Shown: positions 16,774-27,714, numbered from the stretch's first letter. The stretch is 43,278 nucleotides of DNA from an uncultured Gemmatimonadaceae bacterium (GCA_964608715.1 CAZSPH010000003.1:1-43278); one strand, 5' to 3'. Notes: generated from the letters alone by a model not told the origin. Made by a program: numbers and translations.

Positions 16774-17571
16774 TCAGTAGCGTCGACCCCGACGCTTCTC
16801 CAGCACGATGTCCATTCCGACCGTGAGACTTGGCATCAGCTTCCAGGTACTTCCGAGGGGGGGGGCGGTGGAGGCACTGCCGGTAGGTCCGGTTACCACC
16901 TGGAGCTGAATCATATTGGCTTTGAACTCTGCTCGGAGCTGATAGCCGGCATTCGGTGCTGTTGCGAGTCCCAGTGCCAGCGCTCCGATCGGCTTCAGCG
17001 CCCGGGAGCCGCTTTCGAGATAGATCGGGTAGACATACTCCGGATCAGGGGCCTGCCCCCAGGCAGCAGACAGCGATGTGGTACTCCTCGGGACCAGGGC
17101 GATTCCCGCCAGCGCCTTGAGGTACGGCTGAACTGTCGAGCGCGACATAGGTCGATATACGACACCTGCCATGGCTCCGGTGCCGGATGCAGCACGGTCG
17201 TGGTCGTTGATCACCTGGCATGCAATGCGGTTCGGTTCATATCCCGACCACTCCTCGACTCTGCATCGGTCGTGAGTGCCAAGACCGAGGTAGGTGATCT
17301 CTCCGGTCCAGCCGAGTGAAGGTTTCGGGAAGTAGGTCATCTGGCCGGTCATGGTGATGCTGCCTCGCATCCGCCGGTCGATCGATATGTAGTCGATCAT
17401 CCCTCCGCTGCCGTGCAGCGGCTGATTACGTACCGACCAGAGATCTCCTCCACCAATGACGCCGGCGGTGACACCCACCGTCAGCCGGGCCTCGTCGTTC
17501 GTTCCCTGCCCGGTTGCGACGGAGGTGGCGCCGACCGCGAGTGCCACGACCTGGATAATCCTGCCGGTCAT
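16774..17571 (-). CDS. Secreted beta-barrel-like outer-membrane protein (hypothetical)
   Basis: It has a signal peptide (MTGRIIQVVALAVGATSVATGQG), an alternating hydrophobic beta-strand pattern and a C-terminal aromatic residue. Confidence 0.65.
   Translation of the reverse strand: MTGRIIQVVALAVGATSVATGQGTNDEARLTVGVTAGVIGGGDLWSVRNQPLHGSGGMIDYISIDRRMRGSITMTGQMTYFPKPSLGWTGEITYLGLGTHDRCRVEEWSGYEPNRIACQVINDHDRAASGTGAMAGVVYRPMSRSTVQPYLKALAGIALVPRSTTSLSAAWGQAPDPEYVYPIYLESGSRALKPIGALALGLATAPNAGYQLRAEFKANMIQLQVVTGPTGSASTAPPLGSTWKLMPSLTVGMDIVLEKRRGRRY
16857..16865. repeat. G9/C9 homopolymer tract inside the OMP-like CDS
   Basis: Nine consecutive G on the plus strand encode A-P-P-L (gcc ccc ccc ctc) on the minus strand. 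This is the longest homopolymer I saw in the window. Confidence 0.95.
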
Positions 17572-17595
17572 CCGTCCTCCTTGAAGTGGCTGCCT

Positions 17596-18003
17596 TCAGT
17601 TGCTGCGATACTCAGCCGCCAGTGAATCATCCTCGGCCACCCGGACCGACACCAGCCTTGCCGTACCGTCGATCTTCGGGGCGAGCCGGTGCCAGATCCA
17701 TTCGGCCACTGTCTCGCATCCGGGCAGCCGACCGGTCGTCGCCGTGACGACCTCATTGATGCTGCGCCCCGCCAGTCTGCCGGTGATCTCCCGTGCCATC
17801 AGCGCGTCGAGCTCGACGAGGTCGATCAGCAGTCCCGTGACGGGATCCGGACTGCCTCCCACTGTGACATCGACCCGGTACAGGTGCTCATGGTCACAGG
17901 TCAGGTTGCCGAAGCGCTTCTCCACAGCCTCGTCCGTCAATCCACCGCCGGTCATCCGGTGCGATGCCGGGAACGATATGCTGCGAGTGAGCAGGCAATG
18001 CAC
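17596..18003 (-). CDS. queD: 6-carboxy-5,6,7,8-tetrahydropterin synthase / PTPS family
   Basis: The 135-aa product has the PTPS fold pattern (SFPASHRM, CDHEHLYRVDV, TGLLIDLVEL, ETVAEWIW). The Cys/His motif deviates from the canonical CxxxHGH. Confidence 0.8.
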   Translation of the reverse strand: MHCLLTRSISFPASHRMTGGGLTDEAVEKRFGNLTCDHEHLYRVDVTVGGSPDPVTGLLIDLVELDALMAREITGRLAGRSINEVVTATTGRLPGCETVAEWIWHRLAPKIDGTARLVSVRVAEDDSLAAEYRSN

Positions 18004-18011
18004 GAATCCCG

Positions 18012-18710
18012 TCAGAACGACCAGCCGATCCCGAGCTGAAGCGCGGGAGCGAGGACATACTGTCCAGAACGACCGGTCGGATTGATCGCCCTGCTCGTCT
18101 CCGAAGTGTTGGGAACATCGGTGGGTTCCATGCTGAACGACGACGGGTACTTCAGATTCCAGAGGTACCCGCGTCCCTCGACCCTGACATAGCCACGGCG
18201 TCCGAGCATCACCCGGGTTCCCACCATCGGTGCGAAGTAGAACTTGTTGCCGAACTGGTAGCCCGAGGGATCGTCCTGATCCTCTCTGACACTCGCCATT
18301 CCCAGACCGATGCCGGTGAATGGGGCGAGTCCGTGCCAGTGCTTGCCGCCGGTCAGGTTCATCTGGATCGCAGCCTCACCTCCGATGAATCGTATGTCGA
18401 CCGGTCCCTGATCTCGGTTCGGCGGTGTCCTGAGCGGATCGAGCAGCGTCCGCTCCGCCTGACCGCCCCAGACGCCGAATCCCAGCGAGACGGTGCTGTT
18501 GGCACGAAGCAGTACCCGGAGCCCGCCGAGAGTGCCGTTGCGCGGCCCCACCGGAATCGGACCGCCGGATCCGCCCAGCTTTGCGGCCATCACCTCCACG
18601 GTGGTTCCCGGGACGATGTAGCGGTACGGCGACCGGTCGGGCGCATGGCCCACCTGGGCGGAGATCGGGGAGGCTGCAACTATGCTCAGCAAGGCAATGC
18701 GACGAATCAC
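18012..18710 (-). CDS. Outer-membrane beta-barrel protein (hypothetical)
   Basis: GTG 18710 gives the signal peptide VIRRIALLSIVAASPISAQ. The C-terminus ...LQLGIGWSF is the classic OMP terminal Phe. GTGA overlap with the gpmI stop. The track start 18959 is over-extended. Confidence 0.75.
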   Translation of the reverse strand: MIRRIALLSIVAASPISAQVGHAPDRSPYRYIVPGTTVEVMAAKLGGSGGPIPVGPRNGTLGGLRVLLRANSTVSLGFGVWGGQAERTLLDPLRTPPNRDQGPVDIRFIGGEAAIQMNLTGGKHWHGLAPFTGIGLGMASVREDQDDPSGYQFGNKFYFAPMVGTRVMLGRRGYVRVEGRGYLWNLKYPSSFSMEPTDVPNTSETSRAINPTGRSGQYVLAPALQLGIGWSF

Positions 18711-20269
18711 GCTTCTGTGTCCCGGGAGATAAGTGAAGACCCTGTCATCTCGGATGGCTGCGCCAGTCCCATGAGAGATAGCACCGTGGGCGCCACATCG
18801 CAGAGCGCGCCGCCGGTACGGAGTGAGGAAATTCCGTCGCCGACCGCGACGATCGGAACCGGATTGGTGGTGTGAGCAGTGTGCGGCCCGCCGGAAGCCG
18901 GGTCGAACATCTGCTCGGCGTTGCCATGATCGGCGGTGATCAGTACCGTGGCGCCACATCTCGTTGCCTCGTCGACGATCCGCCCTACCTGGACATCCAC
19001 CGCTTCCACCGCCCGGATCACCGCCGGCAGCACGCCGGTATGTCCGACCATGTCGGCATTGGCGAAGTTGCAGAGGTAGAAGTCGTGATCGCGACGGCGG
19101 AGAGCGGCCAGCAGCGTGTCTCCGATTCCGGGCGCACTCATCTCAGGCGCCAGATCGTAGGTGGCCACCTTCTGCGAGGCGACCAGTTCGCGTTCCTCGC
19201 CGGGCCAGGGAGTCTCCAGGCCGCCGTTGAAGAAATACGTGACGTGCGGGTACTTCTCCGTCTCGGCCGTTCTGAACTGGCTCCTTCCCGCATCACTGAG
19301 CTGCTCGGCGAGAATCCGGGCCATCGAGAACGGCGGGAACGCCTGAGGAATCGGGAAAGTCTGGTCGTACTGCGTCATCGTGACCGCACTGGTCACCGGG
19401 CGATCATTGACCGGGAATCCGGCAAAGCCGTCGATCGAGAGTGCCGCGACTATCTGGCGCATCCGGTCAGAGCGATAGTTGAAATAGAAGATGACGTCGC
19501 CGTCGGTAATCCGCGCGACCGGTTCACCATTCTTCACCGCAACGATCGGCTGCAGGAACTCGTCGGTGACACCGCGGTCGTACGATGCGGCAACGGCAGC
19601 CGCGAGATCTTCGGCTGGGGTCCCGGTACCATGCACCATCAGGTCCCACGCGAGCCGGGTCCGCTCCCAACGGCGGTCGCGATCCATCGCGAAGTACCTG
19701 CCGACCAGTGACGCCAGGCACGCACGGTCACCCATCCGGTCGATTTCAGTCTGGAGTGCGGCAACGGTTCCGGAACCTGCGGTTGGCGAGGAATCCCGAC
19801 CGTCGAGGAAACCGTGCACTGCAATCCGCGGTACATCCATCGCCCGGAAGGCGTGAAGCGCTGCGACCAGATGATCGCCCATCGCATGCACGCCACCCTG
19901 GCCCAGCAGACCCACCAGATGCACGGTGCCGCCATTCCGGCGGGCGCGATCGGCCAGTGCCACCAGCGAGGGAAGCTGCCGGAACTCGCCCGACGCGATG
20001 CTCTGGTTGATACGCACCAGGTCCTGCGGTACCACCCGGCCGGCGCCGAGGTTCAGATGGCCCACCTCGCTGTTGCCCATCTGGCCTGCGGGGAGCCCGA
20101 CCCTGAGGCCGCTGGCCTCCAGCAGAGTCAGCGGACAGCCACGTACCAGGGCATCCCAGTTGGGAGTGCCGGCCATCGCGATGGCGTTCCCCTCGGGGGC
20201 GGTACGCCATCCCCAGCCGTCGAGTACCAGCAGGACTACCGGGTTTCCGTTGCGTTCCTGGTTTGACAT
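18707..20269 (-). CDS. gpmI: 2,3-bisphosphoglycerate-independent phosphoglycerate mutase
   Basis: It has VLLVLDGWG, NSEVGHLNLGAGR and ITADHGNAE motifs and is 520 aa long. Confidence 0.95.
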   Translation of the reverse strand: MSNQERNGNPVVLLVLDGWGWRTAPEGNAIAMAGTPNWDALVRGCPLTLLEASGLRVGLPAGQMGNSEVGHLNLGAGRVVPQDLVRINQSIASGEFRQLPSLVALADRARRNGGTVHLVGLLGQGGVHAMGDHLVAALHAFRAMDVPRIAVHGFLDGRDSSPTAGSGTVAALQTEIDRMGDRACLASLVGRYFAMDRDRRWERTRLAWDLMVHGTGTPAEDLAAAVAASYDRGVTDEFLQPIVAVKNGEPVARITDGDVIFYFNYRSDRMRQIVAALSIDGFAGFPVNDRPVTSAVTMTQYDQTFPIPQAFPPFSMARILAEQLSDAGRSQFRTAETEKYPHVTYFFNGGLETPWPGEERELVASQKVATYDLAPEMSAPGIGDTLLAALRRRDHDFYLCNFANADMVGHTGVLPAVIRAVEAVDVQVGRIVDEATRCGATVLITADHGNAEQMFDPASGGPHTAHTTNPVPIVAVGDGISSLRTGGALCDVAPTVLSLMGLAQPSEMTGSSLISRDTEA

Positions 20270-20299
20270 GTCACTCCGTGACGTCTACACTCTCGAACC

Positions 20300-21358
20300 G
20301 TGATCCGACTCCCGGAATCTACTCCCGCGCGTTTCGGCGCTCCAATCTTCGGCACCGTCCTGTTCATCATGGCGGCGCTGGTACTGTTGCTGCATCCCGC
20401 CGCCGGGCTGGCGGCCCAGGGCAACGACCGGATCGCCGCCGACGTTGATTTCCTCAAGGAACCCGGCGGGACACTTCTCGGCCGACTGTCCAGGGGCGCT
20501 GCGGTAACTTTCGGCGCCCGGCGGACCGGCTGGCGCGAGGTGACCGTGACCGGATGGATTCCTGCATCCGCACTCCGGAGAGATACCCGGGAGGGCTTCG
20601 ACGTCGCGGTGAACCTCGCCGCCGGCACCCCGATCCGTGCCGCCGGCGAGAACGGCGCGGCGGTTCGGGGCAACGCCCGCGCGGGCGTCCTCTTCCACGA
20701 AGTCAGCCGCAGCAGTGGCTGGGTCCAGGTGCGCCGCTCGGCCTGGGTGGTTTCATCCGCGGTCGGGACTGCCGCACCTGCTACGCCGCCTCCGGCGCCA
20801 CCGCCGGCTGCAGCACCTCCCGCTGCCGCTACGACCACCACTGCCGCCAGACCGGACAGCACCCAGACCCGCACCTCGATACTGGGCGGCAGCACCCTGG
20901 TCGGGCAGCCGGGTGGCGGGCCGATCGCGACCACCGAGGTGCCGATCCAGGCTACCGTGACCGAGCGCCGCGACGGCTGGAGCCGGGTCCGGATCGATGC
21001 CTGGGTGCGCGACGCCGCGATCGGCGCCACCGCCGATCCCGACCAGATTTCCGGTCGCGATGTCCGCGAGAATCCCGACCGGTACGTGGGACAGACGGTC
21101 GAGTGGAGGCTCCAGGTCCTGGCAGTGCGTACCGCGGACGAACTCCGCCCTGAACTCCCACCGGGCCAGCCATACCTGCTGGCGCGAGGGCCGCTTCCCG
21201 AGACAGGATTCGTGTACCTTGCGATTCCGGCGGGGGAGGTGGCAGGATTCCGGTCGGTCGCGCCGCTCACCGAACTGCGGGTGCGCGCCACGATCCGTGC
21301 CGGCAGGACCAGATATCTCCAGACACCGGTGCTGGATTTCGTTCGCAAGCTCGACTGA
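20300..21358 (+). CDS. Secreted protein with three SH3b-like repeats, a Pro/Ala linker and an unknown C-terminal domain
   Basis: It has a signal/TM segment. Three ~50-aa units each end in GW-x-(V/E)-x(3-5)-(G/A)W(I/V). The linker is APATPPPAPPPAAAPPAAATTTTAA. The GTG start is uncertain. Confidence 0.6.
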   Translation: MIRLPESTPARFGAPIFGTVLFIMAALVLLLHPAAGLAAQGNDRIAADVDFLKEPGGTLLGRLSRGAAVTFGARRTGWREVTVTGWIPASALRRDTREGFDVAVNLAAGTPIRAAGENGAAVRGNARAGVLFHEVSRSSGWVQVRRSAWVVSSAVGTAAPATPPPAPPPAAAPPAAATTTTAARPDSTQTRTSILGGSTLVGQPGGGPIATTEVPIQATVTERRDGWSRVRIDAWVRDAAIGATADPDQISGRDVRENPDRYVGQTVEWRLQVLAVRTADELRPELPPGQPYLLARGPLPETGFVYLAIPAGEVAGFRSVAPLTELRVRATIRAGRTRYLQTPVLDFVRKLD

Positions 21359-21376
21359 CATTCGTGGAGGTTCACC

Positions 21377-21766
21377 ATGCGTGAACACCTCAGGGAACGC
21401 CTGCTCCGCAAGCTGGAGGGGCTGTCCGAGGAGCGGGTCTATCAGGTGCTGGACTACGTCGAGTTCCTGGAGAGCAGGTACGCCGAACGCTCCAACCCCG
21501 ACAACGTCTTCACCAGGATCACCGACAAGGTCGAGGACACCCTCCGGGCCGGCAAGGTACCGTTCGATGCGGTCGCCGGAACGGTCAATCTCTTCGACGG
21601 TGCCTCCAAGGTGATGCGGGGGCTGTCGCAGGCAGCACAGGCAGTCGTCGACGAAGCTGCGAAGACTGCCAAGGACCTGGCCAACCGTCCCGAGCAGGAC
21701 CGGCAGGATCCTGGTCAGCAATCTTCAGACAGGACCACTCCCACTTCGGAAGACTCCACCACATGA
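21377..21766 (+). CDS. Hypothetical protein, DUF2281-like N-terminus
   Basis: The LSEERVYQVLDYVEFLESRY motif is followed by an Ala-rich helical region and then a disordered tail. ATGA overlap with the downstream permease. Confidence 0.55.
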   Translation: MREHLRERLLRKLEGLSEERVYQVLDYVEFLESRYAERSNPDNVFTRITDKVEDTLRAGKVPFDAVAGTVNLFDGASKVMRGLSQAAQAVVDEAAKTAKDLANRPEQDRQDPGQQSSDRTTPTSEDSTT

Positions 21767-23223
21767 GCGCACCGACGCAGCAGGAATTCGTCCGCGGTAT
21801 CGGCCCCTGGCAGGCCACCTCGCTGGTGGTAGGCACGATGATCGGTTCCGGCATCTTCATCGTCTCGGCCGGGATCGGCCAGGAAGTGAACGAATGGGGG
21901 CCCGGCGGATTGCTGCTGGTATGGGTGCTTACCGGTCTGATGACGGTGGCCGGTGCACTCGCCTATTCCGAACTGGCAGCCATGATGCCGAAGGCCGGCG
22001 GACAGTACGTCTTCCTGCGCGAAGGACTCTCACCGGCAGCCGGCTTCCTCTACGGCTGGACCCTCTTCGCGGTGATCCAGACCGGTACCATCGCTGCCGT
22101 GGCAGTGGCGATGGCCAAGTTCCTCGGCGTGTTCTTCCCGGCACTTACCGATACGATCTTCCTCTCGCTCGGCAGCATCACTCTCCCCGGCAGCGACAGC
22201 GCGATTCCGATCGGAGTCTCGGGGCAGCGGATGATCGCGATTGCGAGCATCGTGCTGCTCACCTGGATCAATGCCCGCGGTGTCCAGCTTGGCGCCGGCA
22301 TCCAGACCTTCCTGACCGCGATCAAGTTCGCGGCCCTGGCACTGCTCGTCCTGCTCGGCCTCTTCTTCCTCCGCAACGCCGGTGTGGCCTCGGCCAACTT
22401 CGGCAGCTTCTGGGGAACCGGCGACTGGACCATCGCAATGGTGCCGGTGGTGATGGCGGCGATGGTCGGATCGCTCTTCTCCAGCGACTCGTGGAACAAC
22501 GTCACCTTTGCCGCGGCCGAGGTGCGTGATCCGACGAAGAATCTGCCGCGAGCGCTGGCATTCGGAACGGCGATCGTCTCGATCCTCTACGTGCTCGCCA
22601 ACGTCGCCTACCTCAACGTGCTGCCGTTCCAGGGCGATCCGGCCGGCGCCGATGCAGTCTCCCGCGGTATCCAGTACGCCGCCGAAGGACGGGTAGGTGC
22701 GGCGGCAGTCGAGGCGATGCTGGGTGCGGCCGGAGGGATGGTGATGGCTGGGTTCATCGTGATCTCCACCTTCGGCTGCAATGCCGGGCTGGTGCTGGCG
22801 GGGCCGCGGGTCTACTACGCGATGGCCCGGGATGGCCTCTTCTTCAGCAAAGCCGGCGAACTCCATCCCGAGCGGCGGACCCCCGTCTTCGGTCTATGGA
22901 CTCAGGCCGTCTGGGCGTCGGCGCTCTGCCTCTCGGGGACCTACAACCAGCTCCTGGACTACGTGATCTTCGCGTCGGTGCTCTTCTACTCGCTCACAAC
23001 CCTTTGCCTCTTCCTGCTGCGACGGAAGATGCCGGACCTCCCCCGGCCGGTGAAGGCGTTCGGCTATCCGGTGATCCCGGGGCTCTACATTCTGGCCCTG
23101 GCAGTGCTGATGGTGGTTCTACTTACCCTCAAGCCGCTCTACACCTGGCCGGGACTGATAATCGTGGCACTCGGCATCCCGATCTACTTCCTCTGGAGGA
23201 GGAACGCTGCCGCTGCCGCTTGA
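21763..23223 (+). CDS. APC-superfamily amino acid permease (LAT/SteT-like)
   Basis: The 486-aa product has about 12 TM helices and the N-terminal GTMIGSGIF motif typical of APC transporters. Confidence 0.85.
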   Translation: MSAPTQQEFVRGIGPWQATSLVVGTMIGSGIFIVSAGIGQEVNEWGPGGLLLVWVLTGLMTVAGALAYSELAAMMPKAGGQYVFLREGLSPAAGFLYGWTLFAVIQTGTIAAVAVAMAKFLGVFFPALTDTIFLSLGSITLPGSDSAIPIGVSGQRMIAIASIVLLTWINARGVQLGAGIQTFLTAIKFAALALLVLLGLFFLRNAGVASANFGSFWGTGDWTIAMVPVVMAAMVGSLFSSDSWNNVTFAAAEVRDPTKNLPRALAFGTAIVSILYVLANVAYLNVLPFQGDPAGADAVSRGIQYAAEGRVGAAAVEAMLGAAGGMVMAGFIVISTFGCNAGLVLAGPRVYYAMARDGLFFSKAGELHPERRTPVFGLWTQAVWASALCLSGTYNQLLDYVIFASVLFYSLTTLCLFLLRRKMPDLPRPVKAFGYPVIPGLYILALAVLMVVLLTLKPLYTWPGLIIVALGIPIYFLWRRNAAAAA

Positions 23224-23226
23224 TGA

Positions 23227-24750
<1,524 letters not shown>

Positions 24751-24896
24751 CCGGGACAGGGCGCGAGGCCTTCCGGTCTCGTGCCCGTTGATGTACCGTT
24801 CGGGGTTGCGTCAGGACAATCCCATCATCACTCGATAGCAGGCCCGCAGGTTTCATTCCTTCAACGGGGGGAGCGCTCTCCTCCGGGGTCCACGCC

Positions 24897-26441
24897 GTGA
24901 GTCTTTTTCGTACCAAGTCCGTAGCCGACCTGATGCCCAAGGAGGGCGAGGTCACCCTCAAGCGGTCGCTGACCGCTATGAACCTCGTCTTCCTTGGCAT
25001 CGGTGCCATCATCGGCGCCGGCATCTTCGTGCTGACCGGCACCGCAGCGGCGAACTTCGCCGGTCCGGCTCTCTCCATCTCGTTCGTGGTCGCCGGTCTC
25101 GGCTGTCTCTTCGCCGGCCTCTGCTACGCCGAGTTCGCGTCGATGATTCCGGTGGCGGGCAGCGCGTACACCTACGGCTACGCCACCCTGGGTGAGCTGA
25201 TCGCCTGGATCATCGGTTGGGATCTGATCCTCGAATACCTCTTCGCGGCGTCGACCGTTGCGGTCGGCTGGTCCGGCTACTTCGTCGCCTTCCTCGCCTC
25301 GCTCGGGGTACATATCCCCGCCGCGTTCGCGGGATCGCCGTTCTCGGTCGAGGGGACCCACACTCTGGTGCGCTCGCAGCTCTGCGTCGATCCGGCCACC
25401 GGCGGCGTGATGGTCAACGAGGTAACCCGCACCGCTGTGCCGATTGCTGACTGCCTCACCACCGGCGGGACGATTGCCGCCGGCGTGCTGAACGTGCCGG
25501 CCATGGCGCTGATCGCGGTGCTCACAGCGCTGCTGGTAATCGGGATCAAGGAATCCGCCCGGTTCAACAACGTGGTCGTGGTCATCAAGGTCGCCATCGT
25601 GCTGCTGGTGATCTTCTTCGGGTTCCAGCACGTCAACCCGGACAACTGGAAGCCGTTCATTCCGGAGAACACCGGCCCCGGTCACTTCGGCTTCAGCGGC
25701 ATCATGCGCGCTGCCGGCGTGATCTTCTTCGCCTACATCGGTTTCGATGCGGTATCGACCGCGGCCCAGGAAGCGAAGAACCCGCAGCGCGACCTGCCGA
25801 TCGGCATGCTGGGTTCGCTTGCCGTCTGCACCGTGCTGTACATCCTGATGGCGCTGGTGATGACCGGCATGGCCCACTACAGCGAACTCGATGTCGCCTA
25901 CCCGGTCTACGTCGCGATCCAGAAGGCCGGTCCCGCACTCGCCTGGCTCGGCTTCCTGGTCAACATCGGAGCGGTCACCGGCCTGGCGTCGGTGGTGCTG
26001 GTGATGCTGATGGGCCAGCCGCGCATCTTCTACGCGATGTCGCGTGACGGACTGCTGCCGCCGGTCTTCGGAAAGATCCACGCGAAGTACGGTACCCCGT
26101 GGCTCGCGACCGTGATCACCGGTGTCGTCGCGATGGGGATCGCCGGGCTCTTCCCGATCGCCCTGCTGGGCGAGCTGGTGGCCATCGGTACCCTGCTGGC
26201 CTTCGTGATCGTCTGCGGTGGCATCATCGTCCTGCGGAGAGTCCAGCCGGATCTCCATCGGCCGTTCAAGACCCCGCTGGTACCGCTGGTGCCGATTCTC
26301 GGCATCCTGACCTGCGGCTACATGATGTACCACCTGCCGGCGGACACCTGGATCCGGCTTGCCGTCTGGATGGCACTCGGTATCGCCGTGTACTTCCTCT
26401 ACGGCCGCAAGCACTCGAAGCTGAACGTCAGCAGCAACTGA
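24897..26441 (+). CDS. APC-superfamily amino acid permease (cationic amino acid transporter-like)
   Basis: The 514-aa product has 13-14 TM helices, FLGIGAIIGAGIF and a CAT-type C-terminal extension. It uses a GTG start. Confidence 0.85.
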   Translation: MSLFRTKSVADLMPKEGEVTLKRSLTAMNLVFLGIGAIIGAGIFVLTGTAAANFAGPALSISFVVAGLGCLFAGLCYAEFASMIPVAGSAYTYGYATLGELIAWIIGWDLILEYLFAASTVAVGWSGYFVAFLASLGVHIPAAFAGSPFSVEGTHTLVRSQLCVDPATGGVMVNEVTRTAVPIADCLTTGGTIAAGVLNVPAMALIAVLTALLVIGIKESARFNNVVVVIKVAIVLLVIFFGFQHVNPDNWKPFIPENTGPGHFGFSGIMRAAGVIFFAYIGFDAVSTAAQEAKNPQRDLPIGMLGSLAVCTVLYILMALVMTGMAHYSELDVAYPVYVAIQKAGPALAWLGFLVNIGAVTGLASVVLVMLMGQPRIFYAMSRDGLLPPVFGKIHAKYGTPWLATVITGVVAMGIAGLFPIALLGELVAIGTLLAFVIVCGGIIVLRRVQPDLHRPFKTPLVPLVPILGILTCGYMMYHLPADTWIRLAVWMALGIAVYFLYGRKHSKLNVSSN

Positions 26442-26455
26442 GTTAGATTGCGGGG

Positions 26456-27472
26456 ATGAGTTCCCCGCACACGACAGTGACCGGCGCCGCCGCTTCCGAG
26501 CTGGCGGCGCTTGTCATTCCCGGCCGCCGGATCGTCCTGACCACCCACGTCAATCCCGATGGCGACGGCCTCGGGAGTGAGGCCGCCCTGGCCCGCATGC
26601 TGCTCGACCAGGGAGCGGACGTGGCGATCGCCAATCCCAACCCGACTCCCGAGCGCTTCCACTTCCTGTTCGACGATCTGCCGGGGGTCGACCGCTCCGC
26701 CAGGGCCGTCGAAGTGCTCAGGCGCGCGGAGGTGATCTTCGTCCTCGACATCGGTGATGTGGGGCGTCTGGGCGGACTCGCCGATACCGTCCGGAAGAGC
26801 AGCGCGCCGGTTGCCTGCATCGATCATCATGTCGGGCCGGGGGAGCTGCCACCGGGGCCGCGTCTGATCGATCCGACCGCAGCGGCAACCGGAGAACTGA
26901 TCCATTCGCTGGCGAACGAGTGTGGCTGGGAGATCACTCCCGCCGCGGCCAGGGCGCTCTACGTGGCCATCCTCACGGATACCGGATCCTTCCGTTTCTC
27001 CAATACCTCGCCGCGGGTACTCCGGGTCGCCGCCGATCTCCTCGAACTCGGGGTCGATCCCGAGAGCGTCTATCGGCAGGTATACGCCAGCGGTCCCGCA
27101 GGCCGACCCAGACTGCTCGCCGAAGTGCTGCAGACGCTGGTGGTGGAAGAAGAAATCGGCCTTGCCTGGGTGACGGTTCCGCCAGGAGCGCTGGAAAGGC
27201 ATGGCGTCGACGCCGACGACCTCGACGGAGTGGTCGAACACGCCCGCGCGATCGGCGGCGTCAGGCTGGCGCTGCTCTTCCGGGATATTGCCGGAGGGCG
27301 GGTGAAGGTATCATTCCGCTCGGTTGCCGGGGTCGATGTTGCGGCACTGGCGGCACTGTTCCGTGGCGGAGGTCATCACCGCGCATCCGGAGCAGCAATC
27401 CAGGGGTCGATGGCGGCAGTCCAGGAACAGGTACTCCAGGCCTCGCGTGAATTTCTCGGATCGGGTGAATGA
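26456..27472 (+). CDS. nrnA: DHH/DHHA1 phosphoesterase (NrnA-like oligoribonuclease / pAp phosphatase)
   Basis: It has HVNPDGDGLGS, CIDHH, TDTGSFRFSNT and GGGHHRASGA motifs. Confidence 0.85.
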   Translation: MSSPHTTVTGAAASELAALVIPGRRIVLTTHVNPDGDGLGSEAALARMLLDQGADVAIANPNPTPERFHFLFDDLPGVDRSARAVEVLRRAEVIFVLDIGDVGRLGGLADTVRKSSAPVACIDHHVGPGELPPGPRLIDPTAAATGELIHSLANECGWEITPAAARALYVAILTDTGSFRFSNTSPRVLRVAADLLELGVDPESVYRQVYASGPAGRPRLLAEVLQTLVVEEEIGLAWVTVPPGALERHGVDADDLDGVVEHARAIGGVRLALLFRDIAGGRVKVSFRSVAGVDVAALAALFRGGGHHRASGAAIQGSMAAVQEQVLQASREFLGSGE

Positions 27473-27714
27473 CAGTGGCAGTGCTGGATGTGATGGAGAG
27501 GATCGAGGCCGCGCTCGACCAGGTACGGCCCTACATCGCCTCGCACCGCGGTACGGTCGAGATCATCGATTTCGATTCGCTGGAGGGAGTCCTGGTGGTC
27601 AGGCTGGGCGGCACCTGCCAGGGCTGTTCCGCAGCCACCGTTACGCTGCGGCAGGGGATCGAGTCCAGAGTCAGGGCCGCAGTTCCCGAAGTCCGCATCA
27701 TCGAGGCAGTCTAG
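27469..27714 (+). CDS. NifU-like (Nfu C-terminal domain) Fe-S cluster protein
   Basis: The 81-aa product carries the GGTCQGCSAATVTLRQGIE CxxC motif. It overlaps the nrnA stop by 4 nt. Confidence 0.85.
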   Translation: MTVAVLDVMERIEAALDQVRPYIASHRGTVEIIDFDSLEGVLVVRLGGTCQGCSAATVTLRQGIESRVRAAVPEVRIIEAV

